From Puniceicoccaceae bacterium (GTDB lineage Bacteria; Verrucomicrobiota; Verrucomicrobiia; Opitutales; Oceanipulchritudinaceae): a stretch of DNA of 64,000 nt. The stretch spans positions 128,001 through 192,000 of the forward strand of contig JBFOMH010000004.1 in assembly GCA_040830765.1 (NCBI GenBank). Direction: 5' to 3'. Below, piece after piece: positions 41,648 to 49,964 of this stretch (positions are counted from its first letter, which is position 1; every line of letters starts with the position of its first letter). Position numbers and translations under genes: made by a program. The notes below the pieces were generated by a model. The model was not told the origin of the DNA, ran no database searches, and was given only the letters and a program-made list of their open reading frames with translations.

Positions 41648-42067
41648 ATGCCGCTGACCCTCGAAATCGTCACCCCTGAGCGCCGGGTCCTCTCTGAAGA
41701 GGTCGACCACGTCGTCCTGCCGACGGAGGCCGGTGGCGAGATCGACGTCCTTCCGGGACACATCCCGCTGATGTCGATGATCGATCCGGGTGAGCTGCGT
41801 TACTATCAGGGCGGCCAGCCGGAATCGATAGCCATTGCCCGGGGCTTCATCCAGATTATCGGGGACAAGGTTTCTGTCCTGACGGAGGCCGCCATCGAGG
41901 TGGACGATATTGATGTCTCCTCGCTGGCAGACGCCAAAGCCCGTGCCGAACAAGCGCTGGAAGAGGCCCGCCAGAGCGGCGAGGATCCGGAAGTGCTGGA
42001 ACAGCTGGAGACCAAGGCCCGTTTCACCGTCCTGCAGCAGATCATTACCCAGAGCAAGGGCCGCTAG
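41648..42067 (+). CDS. atpC: F0F1 ATP synthase subunit epsilon
   Basis: LEIVTPE, GEIDVLPGHIP, GGF-like RGF. Confidence 0.96.
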   Translation: MPLTLEIVTPERRVLSEEVDHVVLPTEAGGEIDVLPGHIPLMSMIDPGELRYYQGGQPESIAIARGFIQIIGDKVSVLTEAAIEVDDIDVSSLADAKARAEQALEEARQSGEDPEVLEQLETKARFTVLQQIITQSKGR

Positions 42068-42075
42068 GGCGTCTT

Positions 42076-42136
42076 CTTTGGAGTGCGCCGACATGTCGGC
42101 GCTTTGGATAGCTGCGACATGTCGCAGCACCCCATG
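42076..42136. repeat. REP-like double-palindrome element (TGGAGT family), copy 2, inverted
   Basis: Reverse complement of 12310-12370 with 3 mismatches over 61 bp; starts 8 bp after the atpC stop. Confidence 0.9.
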
Positions 42137-42183
42137 GTTCTACGGCGTTGCCAATCCGCGTTGGATGCCTTTTATTGGCGTAA

Positions 42184-42786
42184 ATGTCGGGATTTGATGA
42201 GAACATTGTCCGGGAGTACTTTGAGCTGCATGGCTTCCTGGTGCGGCAAGTTCGGAAGTACCAGGTGCAATCCCGCCGCAAGCTGGCCGAAGAGGAAATC
42301 GACCTCATTGTCTATAACCCGAAATTTGCCCCCGGGGGCCGCGAGCCGGATTTCAATATTTTTGCCTCGGAGTTGCCCTACATCCACCGGGCGGTAGTGG
42401 TGGTCAAGGCCTGGCACACGACCCACCGCTTCACCCCGAACCTGCTCAAGAGCAGCTCCGAGATATTCAAGTTTCTTGAGAAAAGTGTGACCAAGACCAT
42501 CGAAAAGAGTTTTGCCGATACCGAGGAGGTTGGGGGGCCGGATTTGAAGCGGATCCTTGTGCTCCCGGGCATCCCGACGGCCGAACCCTACCGGACGGAG
42601 TGTACAGACCTCCTCAAGGAAAAAGGGGTCGACGGGATCATCAGCTTCCGGGCCATGTTGCTCGACATCATCCAGAAAGTAGAGGTCAACCGCAGTTACC
42701 AGAAGAGTGAGTTTCTGCAGATTCTCCGTGTATTGAAAAATTACGACCTCGTGAAGGATTCCCAGATGGGGCTTTTCAAGGACTAA
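42184..42786 (+). CDS. Conserved hypothetical protein, possible restriction-endonuclease-like (PD-(D/E)XK) fold
   Basis: E..VREYFELHGF...EIDLIV...VVVKAWH pattern. The fold is inferred. Confidence 0.65.
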   Translation: MSGFDENIVREYFELHGFLVRQVRKYQVQSRRKLAEEEIDLIVYNPKFAPGGREPDFNIFASELPYIHRAVVVVKAWHTTHRFTPNLLKSSSEIFKFLEKSVTKTIEKSFADTEEVGGPDLKRILVLPGIPTAEPYRTECTDLLKEKGVDGIISFRAMLLDIIQKVEVNRSYQKSEFLQILRVLKNYDLVKDSQMGLFKD

Positions 42787-42810
42787 GGACTAAGGACGAA
42801 AGACGAAGGT

Positions 42811-43605
42811 ATGCCAAACCACCCGACAGCGGTTATTCATGAAGCCACCCGTATTCCCGACGATGTGACCATCGGGGCTTATTCCGTCATTGAGGACGGG
42901 GTGGAAATCGGTTCGGGATGCATCATCCGCGAGCATGCCATTATCCGGAGCGGAACGATCCTCGGCCAGCGCTGCATTGTCGATGCCCACGCTGTCATCG
43001 GCGGCTTGCCACAGGACTTTTCCTTCAACCCGGCAACACCCTCAGGTGTGCGGATAGGCGACAATGTGACCATCCGGGAAGGTGTCACCATCAACCGGGC
43101 CACAGCCGAGGGCCAGTTTACCGAGGTTGGGGACGGGTGCATGCTAATGGCCAACAGCCATCTCGGGCACGACTGCAAGGTTGGGAGCAACGTTATCCTG
43201 GCCAACAATGTCATGTTGGCCGGCAAGGTGTCGGTGGGCGACTTTACCTTCATTGGTGGTGGCGCGGGGATTCACCAGTTTTGCCGAATCGGCCAGTCAG
43301 TCATGGTCAGTGGCCTGTCTCGTGTCAGCCAGGATATCCCGCCCTTCTGTATGATGGCTGAGCGAAATGAACTGATCGGACTGAACCTGGTGGGATTGAA
43401 GCGCCGGGGTATCGAACGGGAGGCCATCAAGGAGCTGAAGAAGCTTTATCACCTGGTTTACAGCGTGGAGGGTCGACCCAGGGTCCTTGCTGAAGGGGCC
43501 CTCAAGGATGGTATGGCCAAGTCCGACACTGGGTGCCAATTCCTTGAATTCATGACCGGCGAGAGCAGCAAGGGCGTCATGCGCCCACGCAAGGAAGGGC
43601 AGTGA
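42811..43605 (+). CDS. lpxA: Acyl-ACP--UDP-N-acetylglucosamine O-acyltransferase
   Basis: Hexapeptide repeats; PQD, IREGVTINRAT, HLGHDC, HQFCRIG, GLNLVGLKRRG. Confidence 0.95.
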   Translation: MPNHPTAVIHEATRIPDDVTIGAYSVIEDGVEIGSGCIIREHAIIRSGTILGQRCIVDAHAVIGGLPQDFSFNPATPSGVRIGDNVTIREGVTINRATAEGQFTEVGDGCMLMANSHLGHDCKVGSNVILANNVMLAGKVSVGDFTFIGGGAGIHQFCRIGQSVMVSGLSRVSQDIPPFCMMAERNELIGLNLVGLKRRGIEREAIKELKKLYHLVYSVEGRPRVLAEGALKDGMAKSDTGCQFLEFMTGESSKGVMRPRKEGQ

Positions 43606-44540
43606 TGGCCTCTATTAAGCCGATTGCCCTGACCTGTGGGGACCCGGCGGGTGTCGGGCCGGAAATTATTGCCCGCTGGATCGATGAAAACCCAAAGTGG
43701 CGCAACCGGGTCTGGCCCATCGGGGAGGAAAACTGGCTTGATGCCCTTGGCTGCAGGGGAACCTTATGCGAGTGTGCCCGGGATCCGGCTATTCCCGGCA
43801 AACCGACCGCCAATGGCTCGAGGATCGCCTGGGAGGCCCTGACCGTTGCCGCCAAGGGGTGTAAGGAGGGCCAGTTTTCAGCAGTGGTGACGGCGCCTGT
43901 GAGCAAGGAACACTTGCAGGCCATCGGCTATCCCTTCCCCGGCCAGACGGAATTTTTCGCGGATGCCTGGGGCGGCACGCCTTCCATGGCTTTTGCCGGG
44001 CGTGAACTCAAAGTCGTCCTAGCCACCTGGCACATTCCTCTGGCTTCCGTAGCAGGGCAGTTGGCCAAGGATCCCGGCCTGCTCGACCGAGCTGTCGAGC
44101 AAGCGGGCGAGTGGGCCAAACTGGAGGGCATCAATAAGCCCCGGATTGCCGTCTGCGGACTCAATCCCCATGCCGGGGAGGGCGGATTAATGGGCACGGA
44201 GGAAAAGGATATCCTAAACCCGAGGCTGGCAAAGCTGCGCCAACGCTACCCGGGTCTCTCGGATTGCCTGCCAGCGGACACAGTCTTCCACCGCCAGCGT
44301 GAGGGCGAGTTCGACTTTGTCGTGGCCCTTTACCACGATCAGGCACTGATCCCGGTCAAGACACTGGAATTCCACCGGGCCGTTAACGTCACCCTCGGCC
44401 TGAAGCATATCCGGACCAGCCCGGACCATGGGACAGCCTTTGACATCGCGGGCAAGGGACTCGCGGAAACGGGAAGTTTCAGTCATGCCGTGGAGCTGGC
44501 ATGGCGGTATGCCCGGTTGCGGGCCGACCTTGAAACTTGA
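43605..44540 (+). CDS. pdxA: 4-hydroxythreonine-4-phosphate dehydrogenase
   Basis: GDPAGVGPEI, TAPVSK, GLNPHAGE, YHDQ, RTSPDHGTAFDIAG. Confidence 0.95.
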   Translation: MASIKPIALTCGDPAGVGPEIIARWIDENPKWRNRVWPIGEENWLDALGCRGTLCECARDPAIPGKPTANGSRIAWEALTVAAKGCKEGQFSAVVTAPVSKEHLQAIGYPFPGQTEFFADAWGGTPSMAFAGRELKVVLATWHIPLASVAGQLAKDPGLLDRAVEQAGEWAKLEGINKPRIAVCGLNPHAGEGGLMGTEEKDILNPRLAKLRQRYPGLSDCLPADTVFHRQREGEFDFVVALYHDQALIPVKTLEFHRAVNVTLGLKHIRTSPDHGTAFDIAGKGLAETGSFSHAVELAWRYARLRADLET

Positions 44541-44565
44541 GCAAATCCTCCTAACTTAATGGTTA

Positions 44566-44940
44566 ATGGAAAATACAACCGCAGATCTTCCTGAAGGGGT
44601 TCGCCTCGTCGATGACCGGCTGGTCAAGGTGACCGATGCTGCTGCCCGGAAACTGCAATCCCTGCAGGAGCGGGAACAGGAAGGCGAATATCTACGGGTC
44701 CGTGTGACTGGAGGCGGCTGTAGCGGATTGGCCTACAAATTGAAGTTTGTCGGTCAGCCGAAGGCCGGGGATCTCCTCGTGCGAAGCAAGGGAGCGGCGA
44801 TCCTGATTGACACCAAGAGTGCCCTTTATCTCAAGGGAATGACCTTGGATTATTCCGACAAGCTGGTTGCCGGGGGCTTCAAGTTCAATAATCCCAATGC
44901 CAAGGCCAGCTGTTCCTGCGGGGAAAGCTTTGCCGTTTAG
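44566..44940 (+). CDS. A-type iron-sulfur cluster carrier (HesB/IscA/ErpA family)
   Basis: GGGCSG and NPNAKASCSCGESF. Confidence 0.95.
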   Translation: MENTTADLPEGVRLVDDRLVKVTDAAARKLQSLQEREQEGEYLRVRVTGGGCSGLAYKLKFVGQPKAGDLLVRSKGAAILIDTKSALYLKGMTLDYSDKLVAGGFKFNNPNAKASCSCGESFAV

Positions 44941-46304
44941 GCGTACCGGGACCGCGCCTCGACAATTTCCGGAGCCCTGGCCTCCGAGCGTAGTGCCAAC
45001 CATCGCAAGTGGCCGGATGCCAGGCAGTAGCTTCCGGTTGGCCATGGACCCTTGTTGACCTGTTTGTGAAGGTGCCAGGGTGTTTTGCTTTTCTCAAAAC
45101 CCGGGAAGCGATCCCCTTCGGTTGCCCACCCAAGAATTCTTGGTTCCGGGCTGAGTAGAAACTGGCACCACTGGCGAATCACGGGAGGCATGGGAACCGG
45201 CAAATGCAGGCCGCGGGTCATTTTGGCATAATCCCTGACGAATCCGGCCGCCGCAGCCAGGATGGCTTCCGCCCCGGGGCCCTTGAAGGAAGCAGTCATG
45301 ATGAGCTCCATCGCTGGAAGAAGCAGCTCCGACGGGACGTCAAAGGGCAGCTCAAGGATGCAATCACCGCGTTTCGCCCCCGGGACCGACAACAGGGAAG
45401 TGGCCCCCTCGCTGGAATGAAAAATGGAGTAGCGGTTTCCGGATACACCAAGGGCCTCAATTTCAGGAAGCCATGGCCAGTAGGCCTGGACGGATTTGGC
45501 CAGCTTGGTCAGGAAATTCCGACCCGTCCCATGAAAGGATACCGGCAACACCTTGCCGGCCAGGGACTGGAAGAGCACGACGAGGGTCGGCCCGATTAGG
45601 CGATAGCCGAGAAGATGTTCCAGGAAGGCGTCTTCCTCGACCGGACGGGCCGATTGATCCTCGAGGTCCTTTTGCAGGAGACCATGAACCAGCTGTGCAG
45701 CGAGTTGTCCTTCTCCGGCATAGGCGTCTTTGCGCATGAACCTCTTTTCAGTCTGAAAATACAGGGCACTTTCCCCGGGTAACGCCTGGTCGCCAATAAG
45801 GACCCGCTGGACCTTGTCAGGGCCGGGTGAGGGCTTGGTCAGCTCATAGCCGTTCTTTTCCTTCAGCAGCGTATGAAACGTGTCAGTAAAGGGACCGAGA
45901 TGGGGAACGGTGACATTCAACCCCTCGACTAGTGCCTTGTGATAGATATCGAGGGCCCAGGCGTTGGGATAGGACATGTCCATCCAGGCCTCCAGCTCAA
46001 AGCTGTAGAGCACTTGCCGGTCATCGAGCCATTCAGGTCGCTTGGTACAGCAGGCATCGATCTTTTCAAGGATGGTGGATCCCCGCATCCCTTGCTCCGC
46101 CGTTTCCCGTACTTCCGCAAATCCGGTGTACTTGAGGTCATCCCGTTGACGAAGCCGTTGCTCGACAAGCTGGAAAATGGAATCCGTGCGCAGCAGGCGA
46201 AAATGGACGATATCACAAATGGATAACTCCAATGTTCCGGCTTTCCTTACCTCCGGGTGGGCCAGCAACGCATCGATGCTCTTGAATGATACCGACTCCT
46301 CCAT
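44937..46304 (-). CDS. Hypothetical protein
   Basis: 455 aa ORF that fills the gap; no motif recognised. Confidence 0.7.
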   Translation of the reverse strand: MEESVSFKSIDALLAHPEVRKAGTLELSICDIVHFRLLRTDSIFQLVEQRLRQRDDLKYTGFAEVRETAEQGMRGSTILEKIDACCTKRPEWLDDRQVLYSFELEAWMDMSYPNAWALDIYHKALVEGLNVTVPHLGPFTDTFHTLLKEKNGYELTKPSPGPDKVQRVLIGDQALPGESALYFQTEKRFMRKDAYAGEGQLAAQLVHGLLQKDLEDQSARPVEEDAFLEHLLGYRLIGPTLVVLFQSLAGKVLPVSFHGTGRNFLTKLAKSVQAYWPWLPEIEALGVSGNRYSIFHSSEGATSLLSVPGAKRGDCILELPFDVPSELLLPAMELIMTASFKGPGAEAILAAAAGFVRDYAKMTRGLHLPVPMPPVIRQWCQFLLSPEPRILGWATEGDRFPGFEKSKTPWHLHKQVNKGPWPTGSYCLASGHLRWLALRSEARAPEIVEARSRYA

Positions 46305-46357
46305 GAAAGACTGTCTAGTCAGCCCTAGAGTCGATGTTGCGTCAAGCTGCTAGCGGA

Positions 46358-47188
46358 TCAACCGCGCGGGGGTCCGCTGCGGATGGACTGCTGGATTTTC
46401 TCCATAACCTCGGGGGGCGGAGGTGGGGGAAGTTCGGTCGGGGGCGGGGGGATATCAATTTCCGATAAATTGGGCGGGGGTGTCGGGGGCGGGGAGTCTG
46501 GCGGGGGCGGAGGGGAGTAATCGGGACTGCCCGATGCATTCACACCACCGGATACGCCTGAGCGCCCCTGGATGGCCTGGGCCCGGCGGGCGGCCGCTTC
46601 CTCGCGCAATTTCTCAAGCCATGCTGGCGGGGGAGCCGAGTTTGTTGATGTGGGACTCGTGGATGAGCCCGGTCGTGTTGTCGGGCGGATGGTTCTGCGA
46701 ACCGGCGTGGGGGTTCCCTGTTGGGACTGCTGGGCAGATGCCGTTTTAATTTGCCCACTGACCGGCATGGGGGTCGGATTGGCAGCCAGTTCTGTCAGCT
46801 GCAGTTGCTTTTCCGAATTATTGAAAAACAGGGTCAATGTCTCTGATTCGGGATCAAATCGCCGGACTTCGTAACTATCCGATGATTCTCCCAGTTCCAC
46901 CCAATCACCATCGTTTGAGCGCGGTTCGCTAACGAGAAAGCGGTATTTGTCCCCGATGCGGTAGAATCCCTTGAACTCATAGCTGTTGGCAACGGACTTG
47001 GCTGCCGCGGCCCGGCTGTTGCCGGGAGGGGTGAAGTCCGGCGGGATAAACGGGGACCGCTCCATGATACTGGGCTCGGCACTGGAGACTCCGGCCATAT
47101 CCTGACCTTCCAGAGCGGGCGTGACCAGCCAGCCAGCCACTAAGGCGGCGACCAGCGGTGTCCGTGAAAGTTGCATGAATCTCTTCAA
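46358..47188 (-). CDS. Exported Pro-rich protein with a possible PilP/GspC-like beta domain
   Basis: Signal peptide; SPF.P motif and YEFKG...WVELGE...YEVRRFD...LTL; poly-Pro tail. Confidence 0.65.
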   Translation of the reverse strand: MKRFMQLSRTPLVAALVAGWLVTPALEGQDMAGVSSAEPSIMERSPFIPPDFTPPGNSRAAAAKSVANSYEFKGFYRIGDKYRFLVSEPRSNDGDWVELGESSDSYEVRRFDPESETLTLFFNNSEKQLQLTELAANPTPMPVSGQIKTASAQQSQQGTPTPVRRTIRPTTRPGSSTSPTSTNSAPPPAWLEKLREEAAARRAQAIQGRSGVSGGVNASGSPDYSPPPPPDSPPPTPPPNLSEIDIPPPPTELPPPPPPEVMEKIQQSIRSGPPRG

Positions 47189-47304
47189 AACGAAACCAGA
47201 ATAACGGGGTTAATGCTTGAACAGAATGGTTAGACACCGATTGCCAGTCAAAGTTGCAACTTGATTCGGCCCTTTCCGGCGGTCATACCCACTTCATAAA
47301 CAAG

Positions 47305-48735
47305 ATGGCTTCACCTCAGATCAAAGTCCAGTCCGTTGACAAGGTTTATCGCATCTGGTCCCACCCGAGGGCGCGTCTTACTGGCTCCCTGGCCGGAAAA
47401 CTGGCCGCAGCGCGGGGGTGTCCCTCATTTTTGAAACGCACGGCCGCCGCCTACAGCCAATCGGTCTACAAGGAATTCTTTGCCCTCAAGAATGTCAGTT
47501 TTGAAGTCAAAAAGGGTGAAACGGTTGGAATCATTGGCCGGAATGGTTCCGGGAAGTCCACCACGCTGAAAATCATTGCCGGGACCCTGCGACCAACCCG
47601 CGGAAACGTCTCGGTACATGGCCGTATTGCGGCCATGCTGGAGCTGGCATCAGGATTTGAACACGATTTCACCGGACGGGAGAATGTCTTTCTGAGTGCC
47701 TCCATCCTCGGGCTGACGCGCCAGGAGACCGAGGAGCGCTTCGAGGAAATAGCCCGCTTTGCGGACATCGGGGACTTTCTCGACCAGCCGGTAAAGACCT
47801 ACAGCAGCGGCATGCTGGTGCGGCTGGCCTTTGCAGTCCATACGACAATTGATCCGGAGATCCTGATCATCGATGAGGCCCTGTCCGTGGGGGATGAGAC
47901 CTTCCGTCGCAAATGTTTTGCCCGGCTCGACAAGCTGAAGGAAAAGGGCACAACGATCCTCTTTGTCTCCCACGATTTGGGCTCAGTTGTTAATTTGACC
48001 GAACGGGCCCTTTTCTTTCATCAGGGAGAAGTCGTCATGGAAGGGTCTCCAAAGGTGGTAACTGCTGAATATCAACGGTTTTGCCACCTTGCCAAAACCC
48101 AGGCGGAACAGGTGATTTTCAACCTAAAAGCGGCCAAGGCTGGCGCAGAGATACCTCCCGAGACCGCAGCGGAGGAGACTGAAGACACCAAGGAGGGCAA
48201 GGTTAAGCAAAAGGCCGAGGAAAATTTACAAATTGTCGGCCAGTATGATCCCGATTTCCTTTCCGAGAGCCGGGTCGACTATCCCACCCATGGTGGGCAG
48301 ATTTTCGATTTAAAGCTCTACGATGACGAGGGCCAGCCGGCCAATATTCTCGATCGGCGGACCTTTTACACTTTTGAGTACAAGGTCCGGTTTGAAAAAG
48401 GGTGCGAGGACGTGACCTTCGCCATGCTCATCAAGACCTTCAAGGGACATGAGCTTGGCGGCAGTCGTACCTTACCGTGGGATGCCTTTATCAAGCGGGT
48501 GGAGGCCGGTACCTGTTACCGGATCCGTTTCCGCTTCCAAACGCTGGTAATTCCCGGGGTCTACTTCCTCAATGCCGGGGTGGAAGGCCTGATTGAAGGC
48601 AAGCGGGCCTATGTCCACCGGATTATGGACGCCATGGTCTTCCGGGTAATCCGGGAACCTGACATGATGCCTACCGGAACAGTGGACTTTCTCATTGAGC
48701 CGCAAATGGAGGTCATAAAGGATACTGGACAATGA
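47305..48735 (+). CDS. wzt: Polysaccharide ABC exporter ATPase Wzt with a C-terminal carbohydrate-binding (Wzt_C) domain
   Basis: GRNGSGKST, YSSGMLVRLAF, IIDEALSVGD, VSH; about 150 aa C-terminal beta-sandwich (L.PGVYFLNAG). Confidence 0.9.
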   Translation: MASPQIKVQSVDKVYRIWSHPRARLTGSLAGKLAAARGCPSFLKRTAAAYSQSVYKEFFALKNVSFEVKKGETVGIIGRNGSGKSTTLKIIAGTLRPTRGNVSVHGRIAAMLELASGFEHDFTGRENVFLSASILGLTRQETEERFEEIARFADIGDFLDQPVKTYSSGMLVRLAFAVHTTIDPEILIIDEALSVGDETFRRKCFARLDKLKEKGTTILFVSHDLGSVVNLTERALFFHQGEVVMEGSPKVVTAEYQRFCHLAKTQAEQVIFNLKAAKAGAEIPPETAAEETEDTKEGKVKQKAEENLQIVGQYDPDFLSESRVDYPTHGGQIFDLKLYDDEGQPANILDRRTFYTFEYKVRFEKGCEDVTFAMLIKTFKGHELGGSRTLPWDAFIKRVEAGTCYRIRFRFQTLVIPGVYFLNAGVEGLIEGKRAYVHRIMDAMVFRVIREPDMMPTGTVDFLIEPQMEVIKDTGQ

Positions 48736-49964
48736 GCGAGCAACCGGACCAACCCATCCTGATCCTCGGGATGCACCGCAGCGGGACATCGTTTCTGGCC
48801 AACCTGATGCAATCCCTGGGGGTATTTATCGGGGATGATCTTGTCGGGTCCCAAAAGGGTAATCCGCGCGGCCATTTTGAGGCCCGGCCGATGCTGGAAT
48901 TCCACCAGCGACTGATCGCTGCCCGGTGCGGGGATGCAAGAAAGGCCTTTGATGAGGATATGCTGGTCCAGGAATCCCTGTCCCAGGAACTGACCGCGGA
49001 AGAGAAGGCAGAAGCGATGGACCTTATCGGAGCGATGCGCCGGGAAGGACCATGGGGCTGGAAGGAGCCGCGGACCTGCCTCTTTCTCCATACGTGGCTG
49101 GAATTATTGCCCCAGTCTCGCCTGTTGATGGTCTACCGGCACCCACTTGAGGTGCAGCAATCCATGCTACGGCGCTCCCATTGGGACTTGGCCCTCTTCC
49201 CGGACCAGGCGATGCAGTCCTATGCCGTCCATAACCAGGCCCTGCTGGAGAAGGCGGATGAGGCATTTGTCTTCAACGCAAATGCCGGTTTCGGCGACCT
49301 GCCACACCTTGCCGAAGAACTTGCCAGCCACTTTGACCTTACGAAGCCGGAAAAGCTCCCGGAATTTCACCAGAAAGAGTTCCAGACGCTGGGCATCAGC
49401 CGGGCCATGCACGAACTCTTCTCCCTGTTCCAGCCTGAAGCCGCCGCCGTTTTTGATCAGCTTCAGGAGAAAGCTGCTATCCCCTATAAGTGGGCTGGGC
49501 GAGACGATGATGGGGCATTAGAAGAGCTGTCCGGCACATTATCCTCCCTGCTGGAGGGACTGCCGGCAGCTGGACGGGCCTTCTTCATGCCGGTGTTGGA
49601 CTGGTGGGCCAGCGGCAGGGACGGGGCCATTCTGGATCACTATACACAATTGGCCTCCGACATCGGGGACCACATCCGTCAAGTCAAGGAATGGAACGAG
49701 GAGGCCGCGGTCATTTTCGAGGAAAACAAGCGATTGGCCGCTGATTACGAAAAGATGGGGACGGAATTTGCCCAGCAACAGGAGTTCCTCGCCAAACAAG
49801 CAACAACGCAGGCCAAGGTTTGGAACGAATTGAAGCAGACCGGAGACAGCTGGAAGGAACAGCGGGAGTACATCAAGAGTGTCCACAAGGAAAGGGAGCA
49901 CCTCCTTGAGCAAATCGAAGAGTTGAAGAAGAAACTGGCCTCAAAGGAGACGTCCGGGGAATGA
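48732..49964 (+). CDS. Sulfotransferase-family protein with a C-terminal coiled coil
   Basis: 5'-PSB-like ILGMHRSGTS, NPRGHFE, WGWKEPR, and 3'-PB-like YRHPLEVQQS. The last 95 aa or so are rich in E/K/Q heptads. Confidence 0.8.
   Translation: MSEQPDQPILILGMHRSGTSFLANLMQSLGVFIGDDLVGSQKGNPRGHFEARPMLEFHQRLIAARCGDARKAFDEDMLVQESLSQELTAEEKAEAMDLIGAMRREGPWGWKEPRTCLFLHTWLELLPQSRLLMVYRHPLEVQQSMLRRSHWDLALFPDQAMQSYAVHNQALLEKADEAFVFNANAGFGDLPHLAEELASHFDLTKPEKLPEFHQKEFQTLGISRAMHELFSLFQPEAAAVFDQLQEKAAIPYKWAGRDDDGALEELSGTLSSLLEGLPAAGRAFFMPVLDWWASGRDGAILDHYTQLASDIGDHIRQVKEWNEEAAVIFEENKRLAADYEKMGTEFAQQQEFLAKQATTQAKVWNELKQTGDSWKEQREYIKSVHKEREHLLEQIEELKKKLASKETSGE

Noticed and set aside
46405..46520. G-run cluster resembling a G-quadruplex or low-complexity repeat
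   Set aside because: Fully explained by poly-proline codons of the minus-strand gene.
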